Of a stretch of DNA of 64,000 nt, positions 53,595 through 64,000 are shown piece by piece. Source of the DNA: Octopus vulgaris (lineage: Eukaryota); the NCBI GenBank assembly GCA_951406725.2, contig OX597816.1, positions 167,276,001-167,340,000 of the forward strand, written 5' to 3'. Within the stretch, counting starts at the first letter, position 1. The number at the start of each line of letters is the position of its first letter. The position numbers were made by a program, and so were the translations under genes. Under the pieces are notes generated by a model. That model was not told the origin of the DNA and did not search any database. It saw only the letters and a program-made list of their open reading frames with translations.

Positions 53595-56500
53595 TATTGA
53601 GTACTTCTCATTTGTCTGATATAAATTATGTACATGTACATGGATCAATCAATCGATCAACCAAGACAGACAGACACAAATACATATGGTGGCTTTTGTA
53701 CAATCTGTCAACCAAATTCCATCACAAGGAATTAGACAGTGGAAGGCATTGATTTGGAAGGCATTGATTTAAGGGATTTACTGGTGATGCAGTTTGGGAT
53801 TGAACCAAGAACCATATGGTTTTGAAGTGAACTTGTTAACTACACAGTCATGTCTATTTTAATGAATTCTAAATCTCTTCAATTCAACAAACCTAATATA
53901 AAAGAATATAGGACACTGCACCACAAAGTAGAAGAATCTACCAAGGAATGGAATCCTGCATTTATTTGGATAACTGCCTTTGGATTCCTTTAGTTGTCAC
54001 CAAAATAACATCTTCCAATATCTCATAACATTCTATAGGTTTCCTAAGGTAATGGGAAGACTACTTCAATGGATGTGCTTCCTTAGTCACCTTGTCAAAA
54101 CCCTGATAAATATAGACATTTAAAAAAATAAATAAATTTCATACAAAAAAATAATAAATAAAGAACTGAATTTTTTTTTATAGATTTTTAAATTGTTTTT
54201 TTTCTTCCTTTGAAAATACAGGAGTTTTAAAAAATCCTCAATAGAAAAAAAAGTGTGCGCGTGTGTGTATCAATGAATAGAAAAAAGAAAAGTCATAATT
54301 CCAGATTTGTAAACAGTTGAAATTACTCTAACCTCCTCCTCCTCTCCTACCTTTCATTAATTCTTTTCTCCCGTCTATTACTAACCTCAAAGCCCTCCCC
54401 TTTAATGGTTTGTATTCATAAATTATTTCATCAAATAAACCAGTTTTTAAGTAAAAAAAAAACATCAGCAAGACACACACACTACTTGTTTCAGTTTTTA
54501 GACTGTGGCCATGCTGGAGCACCAGCCTAGAGAGGTTAGTCAAATGAATTGACCCAATACTTTTTGCAGAGGCACTAAATTACAGGGATGTAAACAAACC
54601 AAGCCTGGTTGTTAAGTAGTAGTTGGGAACAAACAAGAACGTGCACACAACTTTTATCTTTCACTTGTTTCAGTCATTAGACTGTGGCCATGCTGGGGCA
54701 CTGCCTTGAGGAATAATAGTTGAACAAAACTCCAGAGCTTGTTTCAAGCCTAGTACTTATTCTATCAATGCTGAAAGGATTCTATCGGTCTCTTTTGTTG
54801 AACTGCGAAGTTATGGAAGAGAAACACACCAACAATGTTTCCTCTAGTAGTGGTGGTCAGGGCAAACACAGACAGACACATACGTACATGTGACTATCTT
54901 CTTTCAGTTCCCGTCTATCGAATCCACTCACAAGGCTTCGGTTGGCCCAGAGACATAGTAGAAAACTCCTGTCCAAAGTGCCATGCAGTGAAACCAAATC
55001 TGGAACCGTGTGGTTGGGAAGAAAACTTCTTAACTCAGCCACGCCTATACCTATAATTCCGTCGTGGATTAAGACTTAGGAATGGCAGCTTAAAAGGTTT
55101 AAAAAAAAAAAGTGTTGGGATGGAGAACCAAAAATATTTCAAGAAAGATATTAACCCTGGCTTCATTAGAAATACATTTTGTGGTTGGTTTCATTGGGTT
55201 AGTCTTCTAATAGGATCAATCTACATTCTATTGGCATTTCATGCCTTGTTATAGAGAATACAAATGATAAATACAATTCCAAGCTATTCAATTGTTTTCT
55301 CTATCTAATTTGATGCCCATAACGTAATATATTCTTTGAGTTCATTAAAAATCTATCAACCCCTGCCATTGTCAATCAACCCCAGTTACACATATTTACT
55401 GAGTGGGCTTCCTTCAAATCATATACATTAGTAATCCGGAACTGCCACTGCATTTACCATTAATCTGCATTACTCATCAATGAGATTTCGTATGTATCCT
55501 TCAATGAGAATCAGATAACTTGGGAGTGTTCAAGACATTGAGACGAGGGATGCCCTAACACTTCCCTTGACTGAAAAACACTGCTTTTTACAAACTGTTA
55601 TTCTCTTCATAACATGACACATCAACCGATCAAGTTTCTATCGTTTTTCAAAATACATCAAAATGGTCTGCTAGAGATAGGGGCAGCATTACAAAGAGTT
55701 TAAATCTGATGACTTTTATAGAGAGAAAAGACAAGTACTACAATCATTTATCAGTCTGACCATGAAATCTATTGTGGTTACTAATCTAATCAATTCAGAG
55801 CCTGCAGTACACACACACACACACACACACACATACAGGTTCAGGGATGGCTGTTGTAACAAGTTTGCTTCCCAACCACATGGTTCCAGGTTCAGTTCCA
55901 CTGTATGGCACCTTGGGCAAGAGTCTTCTACTAAAGCCTTGTGAGTGGATTTGGTAGATGGAAACTGAAAGAAGCCTGTCGTATGTATGTGTGTGTGTGT
56001 GTGTGTATTTGTTTCCCACCACTGCTAGACAACTGGTGTTGGTGTGTTTATGTTCCTGTAACTTATTCGTTCAGTCTCTTTTGCTGAACCACTAAGTACC
56101 AGGCTTTACAAAAAAATACTGGGGTCGATTCATTTTGTCACAAAAAACTCCAAGTGATGCCCCAGCATGGCCATAGCCCACTGACTGAAACAAGTGAAAA
56201 AATAGATAAAAGATTTATTGGAGAAAACAGGGAACCATTAATGAAGTAGCTTCCAACTTCAGTCTAGAATCGAAAACATTACTGTTCATTAATACAGAAT
56301 ATCTTGTTTGCTGTTAATATGAGCAATTATATGATTGTAGCCGTGATTCTAATTAGCCATAATCATTTGCTTGTTTCTGTAATGGTGGTGGTAGTAATAG
56401 CAGCAGCCTAAGCACAGGCATGATAAATATATCGTTTACTGTGTACCATGTATGGTAGTAGCTGTTAGAGCCAGAGATAAATCTGCTTGTCAACTACAGA

Positions 56501-58652
56501 TAATTTATGGTGTCCTATAAATATGTTTGTAGATCATTTCTACATATAAACCATCATCATTGTTGATTCAATGTCCACTTTTCCATGCTTGCTTGGGTCA
56601 GTCAAAGTTCAATGAGGTACATTTTCTACAGCTGAATGTCCTTCAGGTCACCAAACATCACTCCGTTTCTAATTCTGCTAGTATTTCTCCATGGCAAGTC
56701 GCACTTTCCAAGAAGGAAATAGAAATGAATGACATCCTTGTATGGCAATGAAATCCATTTATAACTAACACATGATGTCAAGACACAGAGGCCCAAATAC
56801 ACACACACACACACATACATACACATGCATGTACATCATCGTCATCATCGTTTAATATCCGCTTTCCATGCTAGCATGGGTTGGACAATTTGACTGAGGA
56901 CTGGTGAACCAGATGGCTGCACCAGGCTCCAATCTTTATCTGGCAGTGTTTCTACAGCTGGATGCCCTTCCTAACGCCAACCACTCCAAGAGTGTAGTGG
57001 GTGCTTATTTGTGCCACCGGCATGATAAACACTTTCAATTTCAATTGGCTTGCTCACTCACCTTTATTTGGCACTCTGACAAAGGCAAGCAAACTAAAAC
57101 TTTGTAGTCACTATCAAGCTTTTTCCTTGTAAAAGTTTAATCTCTCTAACTTTTACAAGGAAAAGGTTGATAGTGTTCAAAGTTCCAGCTTGCTTGACAT
57201 CATCAAACTCTGCTAAAAAGCACTGAGTAATCTTTTAGTTTAAATCTTTGGCACTTCAAATTACTCAGTCAAATGTAATGTTTTCCTGTTCACATTGTTT
57301 TGAACTAATCTTGGATTATCTCAAAGCTTCAAAATTTCAATGATGATGTGATTGTTTATTTTTAGAATGACATTGCAGGGTAGATATGAAAGGCCAGATC
57401 TGACTGGTTTGAACACAAAAATGGGTAGAATATTTGGGCCAGTAATTGTCCACTTAATGCTAACAGGTTAATGTTAATTTCTTTTTATGTACAAGACATA
57501 AAAACCCAACTGCAATACACACACACACACATACATCAGTATTCTGAATGTGTTGCTAGGAAAGGAGATGATTTAGTCTTCACAAAAGGAGAAAATTTCT
57601 CAGGAAGGCTTTTGTAATATTTCATGTATTTTTAGAGAGCAATAAACTAAAAGTTCAAGAAAATCTTTACAAATTTCATAAATGCTGTTTTTGTGTTTTT
57701 TACTCCTTCACCTCAAATCCCATGTTTTTAGCAAATTAGCTTTTCTGCTACTCACCCTAATCTCAATAGAGGGGGGTTTTGTCTTGCAAGGTACTTGCTG
57801 ACCTCAAAAAGCATCCAATACACTCTAAAGTGGTTGGCATAAGGAAGGGCATCCAGCTGTAGAAATATATGCCAAAACAGACAAAGGAGCCTGGTGTGGG
57901 TTCTTGCCTTGCCAGCTAGCTCCTGTTGAGCTGTCCAACCCATGCCAGCATGGAAAACAGGCTTTAAAATGATGATAGTGTCTCTAAAACTGGATAGTTT
58001 AAACATAGAAGCTTGTGATCCCTAAGACATGGCCTGAATGTTTAAACAGTTGACTCTGTTCAAGACATCCAATTGGCTGTGCTAAACCTGGTTACGGATT
58101 AGTTCTACCACCCAACATTTACACTGCTTTTACTGAAATACTTGACAGGGAAACAAAACAGAAACAAAAAAATTTTAATAAATAAATAGAAAAACTTGTA
58201 TTTCAGGTTAAGACAAGTTAGACTTGGAAATGATTTCCACTTTCTAATTATTAGAAAAGAAAGAGAAAAAACAAAAAAAAAAAAAACAAAATGAAAGGCT
58301 GAGTATATTATATTGACAGCAACGACGAAGAGATCTGAAAGTAGGTAGTTTTAATTAAATAAAATACAATCCGACAAGCTTTTATATTTCTTCAATAATA
58401 ATAATAATAATAATAACTTGGAGTGATTTTTGCTTTCAAAGTTTAATTCAATAACATATTCATAGATATGTGGTCATTCAGGTTTTAAAATCAACATCAT
58501 AACTTGTAGACATGATGGAGAAGTTTGTTGTTGTTTTTTTTGTACGTTTCACTTTTTTTGTTGTTATTACATTAACTTAAATGCATTGAATTAGTGGTTG
58601 ACCTTTTTCATTGTTGATTGATGGTATTGCAGAGACAGTAACTTAACCACCC

Positions 58653-58853
58653 TGGAATAAGGCGGCGCGCTGGCAGAAACGTTAGCACGCCGGGCGAAAT
58701 GCTTAGAGGTATTTCGTCTGCCGTTACGTTCTGAGTTCAAATTCCGCCGAGGTCGACTTTGCCTTTCATCCTTTCAGGGTCAATATAATCGACTTAATCC
58801 GTTTGTCCTTGTTTGTCCCCTCTGTGTGTAGCCCCTTGTGGGTAGTAAAGAAA
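58653..58853 (+). mobile_element. tRNA-derived SINE family 2 (Meta-domain-like, OK-like) with 14-bp target-site duplication
   Basis: GGCGGCG.GCTGGCAGAAACGTTAGC...GAGTTCAAATTCC...GGTCGACTTTGCCTTTCATCCTTTC, flanked by TAACTTAACCACCC at 58639-58652 and 58854-58867. Other copies at 5388-5621, 17869-18099, 35448-35862 (dimer), 43117-43349, 43506-43740, 61905-62105 and 63627-63832. Confidence 0.85.
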
Positions 58854-58872
58854 TAACTTAACCACCCCTATG

Positions 58873-59016
58873 CTTAGACTGTTCCCAGAAGCAAGAGCCT
58901 AGCCACAAGTTTACTGAACACCTTTTCCCCTAATAGATACACCTACTTAGACTGTGCCCAGAAGCAAGAGCCTAGCCACAAGTTTACTAAACACCTTTTC
59001 CCCTCATAGATACACC
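58873..59016. repeat. Tandem duplication of a 73-bp unit
   Basis: CTTAGACTGT.CCCAGAAGCAAGAGCCTAGCCACAAGTTTACT.AACACCTTTTCCCCT.ATAGATACACC occurs twice with 3 differences. Confidence 0.9.
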
Positions 59017-59940
59017 ACAAAGGAAAGCATCCATGGAGGTGTAAGGGTGCTATATAGTGTTTAAGAATAACCATACGTATCTGCTTTAGGGTCTTTCCCT
59101 CTGGAATTTCTGTAGAGGGTTTATGCCCTTATTAAATGAATATGTTTATTGTTCCAACTACTCTTCACTGCAATCTCATACTACAACCATATGCCCTGCC
59201 AAAGTCCTATCCCCTCATCTCTCTATCTCTCTCCAGACCTTAATGTCACCATTCTATCATCATCTTTGGTACCCACAAACCCATTTTCCATTCACTGAAA
59301 ATGAAAACACAGAGTTTATGATAAAGTTATCAAACTATTGCAGTTTTTGCAATTTGACTATTGGTCACCAACTTCCATTCCCATATCAAGAACTGAACCA
59401 TTCAGTCTGCAGGTTGGCCAACTGATCTACTGTGCATGCATACCCATGTCAACCTGCCCTTATAGTCTGTGCTCCACACCAATTATGATGCGACTGGTTA
59501 AACAAAGAAATCTATTAAGAAATAGAGCTGCATCTTCACATCATCCCTAGAGTATCTTTTATATTTCACTTGTTTCAGTCATTAAACTGCAGCCAAGTTG
59601 AGGCACCACCTTCAAGAATTTTTAATCAAGAAAATCAACCCCAGTACTTATTCTATCAATCTTTTCTGCCAAGTTATGGGGACATAATAAAACCAACACC
59701 AGTTGTCAGAGATGGAGCACAAAAACATACGTGTATACTATATATATATATATATATATGGTGGGCTTCTTTCAGTTTCCATCAACCAGATCCACTCAAA
59801 AGGGTTTTGTCAGCCTAGTACTTATTCTATCGGTCTCTTTTGCCGAAACGCTAAGTTAAGGGGACGTAAACACACCAGCATCGGTTGTCAAGCGATGTTG
59901 GGGGGACAAACACAGATACACAGACATACACAAACGCATA

Positions 59941-60000
<60 letters not shown>

Positions 60001-60890
60001 CACATACATACGACGGGCTTCTTTCAGTTTCCGTTTACCAAATCCACTCACGAGGCTTTGGTCGGCCCAAGGCTATAGCAGAAGACACTTGCCCAAGGTG
60101 CCACGCAGTGGGACTGATCCCGGAACCATGTGGTTGGTAAGCAAGCTACTTACCACACAGCCACTCCTATATATATATGTACAACATATATATAAATATG
60201 ATAGGTTTCTATCAGTTTCCATCAACCAGATCCACTCAAAAGGGTTTGGTCAGCCCAGAGCTAGAATAGAAGATACTTGCCCAAGGTGCCACACAGTGGG
60301 ACTGAACCCAGAATCATGCTGTTGGGAAGCAAGCTTGTTATCATACAGCCATGCCTGAACCTTCATTTATACAACAATTTCCTTTGAAACCGACAAAACA
60401 ATTTCCTGTTAGGATTGTACAGCTTCACTTTAAATTAAGATTTCATTTCCGAGCTGTTGTTTGGCAGCATTACTAAAGCCATGGACAAAATACCATGTAG
60501 TATTTGTCTGCGTTCCTCACATTCTGAGTTCAAATCATTCTGCCAAGATTATCTTTCATCTCTTCAAAGTCAATAACAAATAAAGTACCAAAAATTAGTA
60601 GGGTCAATATAATCAACTACTGGCCTTGCCAAAATTTCTGGTCTGGTGCTCCATGTCAGAAACATTGAAAATGGCTGTGTGGTAAGAAACTTGCTTCCCA
60701 ACCACATGGTTCTGGGTTCTGTCCCATTGTGTGGACCCTTGGGTGTGTGTCTACTATAACCTTGAGCCAACCAAAGCCTTATAAGTGGATTTAGTAGATG
60801 GAAACTGAAAGAAGCCCATTGCACATAGTCACCATGATTGATCGCTAAACCAACAAGTTATTTTTATTCTTTGCTTATTTCCTTGCGTTC

Positions 60891-60926
60891 CTTTCTGTTG
60901 AAGAGCATAGGCTCGAAACGTAAAAG
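60891..60926 (+). ncRNA. Candidate minimal hammerhead ribozyme (variant core CUGUUGA)
   Basis: CTTT-CTGTTGA-A-GAGC-atag-GCTC-GAAA-CG-TA-AAAG has a 4-bp stem I, a 4-bp stem II and a palindromic ACGT stem III. Confidence 0.4.
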
Positions 60927-60989
60927 ACCTTCTCATCTTCCCAAGCGTCAAACTAATACACCTGCTTATTTTTCTGTAAATTTCAACTA

Positions 60990-61500
60990 TATATATAAAA
61001 CTGTAGTTGTGTGAGTGTCTGTCCCCTTCGATTTAGATTCCTAACTCCTCCCACATTTTGCGGTGCAGTTTAACCAAATTCGGGTATCTTATAGTCGTGA
61101 TTCATATCGAGCCCGTCTGGGTATTAGCGCGCGTCTACGATGAGTCTACGATTTTAAAAATAATTTAACATCATTTTTTATTCCATTTTAATGCATATTT
61201 TTTCGTGTGTCGATGGCGGCAGAGTTGGCGTCCATGGTCACACCTGCACCTGTGTTGCTTCTCCCCCTTCTTCCCTCCCTCGTGAAGCTGTGGGGAAGGG
61301 AGTGTAAGGAAATCAACGTCGTAAAGCGTTGTCAAGGAGACTAGCGGCACCTTGTTGCAAAGCAAACTTCATTTCCACATAAACTTAAGAAAATTACTAT
61401 GTGATGAAAGCCCGAATTGGCATCTATAAGGGAAGTAACTCTCTAAAAATGCTTATATAGTTATTTCCCTTACAAACCCGAGCAACGCCGGGCGATACTG

Positions 61501-61503
<3 letters not shown>
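60990..61503 (-). mobile_element. Helentron-like non-autonomous element, CpG-rich and probably young
   Basis: The minus strand starts TAGCAGTATCGCCCGGCGTTGCTCGGG and ends ACTCACACAACTACAGTTTTATATATATAG. It sits between (TA)n tracts. Confidence 0.55.
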
Positions 61504-61542
<39 letters not shown>

Positions 61543-62387
61543 TTTCCCCACCAGCACTGCCGCTTAACTGGTGTTAGTGTTTACATCCACGTAACTTAAC
61601 AATTTAGTAAAGGACCCAACAGAATAAGTGCCAGGCTTAAATTAGAAAAGGTACTAGAGTCAATTCATTCAACTGAAAATTCTTTAAGGTATTGCTCCAG
61701 TATGGCTGTAGTCTAATGACAAAAAGTAAGAGGTAAAAGAAATGGCATAATGAAAGCACACAGAATTCACATTCACAGACCTGCTCTTAGACAAATATGT
61801 GGACACACACAATGGGTTTTGGAACAGTTTCCACCAACCAATGCCATTCACAAAGCATTGGTTCAGATGAAAGTGTGTTTTGTAGAAGAGATGCCATGCC
61901 AAGAAGGTGGCGAGCTGGCAGAAACGTTAGCACACCGGGTGAAATGTTTAGCGGTATTTCATCTGCTGTTACGTTCTGAGTTCAAATTCTGACACAGTTG
62001 ACTTTGCCTTTCATCCTTTCGGGGTCGATAAATTAAGTATCAGTTACACACTGGGATCGATGTAGTTGACTTAATCACTTTGCCTGTCCTTGTTTGTCCC
62101 CTCTATATTTATAAATGATGGAGATAAAGCAAATGTGAAATAAATAGACGGTAGTCCTCTCCTACCTTGAAGTATATAGCTCTCTGCTCGTTTGAGACAG
62201 CAGAATAGAAGATGAAAGGAGATACAAGATATCTCTTTAGTCCCATTAGGTAGTACAATAAGCTTGTGAGAGGAACTGCCAGGAGGTAAGTAAATAAATG
62301 TATATCCACCAACAGTTGGAAGATAAGAATGATACTTTTATTAAAACAGAAGCTATCTCATTTGAAAACATACATATCTTATGTCAG

Positions 62388-62423
<36 letters not shown>

Positions 62424-64000
62424 TACCATTAAAGTGGCAGGTTTGTAAAATTTTGTGTTGGGCAAAATATCTAGTGGCGTTTCTTTCAGGTTTTGAGTTC
62501 AAACCCTACCAAGGTCAATTTCATCCTTTCAGGTCCGACAAAATAAAATTCTGTGGTTAATGTTATCAACAAATATCCTCTCCTCAAATTTGCTGGCTGG
62601 CTCTGTGCCAATATTACAATTAATGTTTTTGTTGTTACAACAACAACGGATTCTTACTGCACAGGAGAGCACATATCAAACAGCTGAGTAATTTTTTTTC
62701 CCTCTTTCCCATTCAAAATACCGAATGTTCTAAGATGTGTGCAAATCCTAGCTCTACATATTATTGGCGGTGTTGGTGTTGTGTTAGGCACAGGAGCTAG
62801 TAAACAAACAACTGGAAGGTTTACCTTTCAGTGAAAGTGATAACACACAGAACAGAAAGGAAATAAAAAAAAAAAGACACACACACTAAAACATCATTAT
62901 TTAATACCCAGGTTCCATACTGAGATGGGTTGGACTAAACATCATTTAACATCCTTTCAGGAGATCTTTGACAATATTGATTCATCAACAAGTATGTCAA
63001 GAATTATTATCACCATAATTTTATGCCTGTTTTGGAGGGTTGTGGTGAGAATCCATGAGACCCACTAATCCATGCCAACATCTAGCTGATAAAGTAAAAG
63101 AGAAAAATAAACGGCTGAAACTTTTGGATAGCAAGATATTTTTGACAGTATTCTATGGCTTGATGCCCTTTCTATCAACAACCAATCTACAGAGTGTTCT
63201 GGGTGCATTCTATTATGCCATCACCTACAAAAAAAACCCCCCAAAAAACTGGCATTCCATTGGTTACATCGATGGGGGTTCTGATTGATCCAATCAAGGG
63301 AACACTCCACAGACACATGCACCCTTAATGTAATTCTCAGGAAGATTCTGTGTGACACAGAATATGACAAGACTGGCCCTTTGAATTACAATTTATTTCT
63401 GCTAGCTGGGTGGACTGGAGCAATGTGAAATAAGTTTCTTGCTCAAGGACCCAATGTGCTGCCAGGAATTGAACTCATGACCTTATGGATTCAAGCCAAA
63501 TATTATATCAACTAAGTCAGGCACCTTCGCTGCCATCTTCTGTAAAGCAATTGTACTTGTCCATTTATTGTTAAGTTGCTTGGTATTTCTCAATTGAAAA
63601 TTTAAGACAATAGAAAGAAGAAAATAAGGCAGCAAACTGGCTGAATCGTTAGCACACCAGGAGAAATGCTTAGCGGTATTTCGTCTGCCACTATGTTCTG
63701 AGTTCAAATTCAACCGAGGTCGATAAATTAAGTACCAGATATGCACTGAGGTTGTTGTAATCGGCTTAATCCCTTTGTCTGTCCTTGTTTGTCTCCTCTA
63801 TGTTTAGCCCCTTGTGGGCAGTAAAGAAATAAGAAAACATTTGATCTAGGAGATGAGAAGTAAACCACATTGGTTTATAAGAATACTTCAAGTAAAGAAC
63901 AAATTCCAAAAGTCCATTATCATCATTAATGTTCACTTTTCCATGCTTGTGCAAGTCAGATGGAATTCATTCAGGCAGATTTTCTATGGCTAGATGCCCT

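Noticed and set aside
59335-59370. Minus-strand SNCKNCN as a possible MPRIP exon 1 (KSKCQNCF motif)
   Set aside because: The surrounding residues and splice sites do not fit; exon 1 is probably beyond position 64000.
62241-62285. Plus-strand AG...GAG|GTAAGT exon-like unit
   Set aside because: No recognisable peptide and no supporting plus-strand gene.

Overview
This is eukaryotic, AT-rich, repeat-dense DNA with abundant (TA)n/(CA)n microsatellites. The SINE/RTE repertoire points to a coleoid cephalopod, most likely Octopus (inference from repeat families). The only host gene I can support is on the minus strand. Three short GT-AG exons (51234-51314, 12748-12813, 705-856) splice in frame to encode most of the N-terminal PH domain of an MPRIP/outspread-like protein: ASRRASIWGYLFIAPDLDFANPLDKTK / [22 protein letters not shown] / PDTVPQGEIDMNKCVDVYDAENHTGHQLSLAVVIPEKTYYIKGTLKEEIS. 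None of these exon peptides appears in the ORF track. The introns are 38,420 and 11,891 bp, and the first exon and downstream exons appear to lie outside the window. The remainder is intronic: tRNA-derived SINEs, 5'-truncated RTE LINE 3' ends with an internal VNTR, remnants of HERO-, R4/Dong-, CR1-, L2- and jockey-like LINEs, Penelope-like fragments, piggyBac (TTAA) and hAT MITEs, Helentron-like elements and a Tigger remnant. The most notable observations are several hammerhead-ribozyme folds (one apparently complete at 50176-50236), long fold-back structures, an orphan CpG-rich insertion with duplicated flanks, an inverted dimeric MITE bracketing two exons, and a candidate frameshifting cassette exon. 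All family assignments come from motif recognition by eye, not from database searches, and repeat boundaries are approximate.
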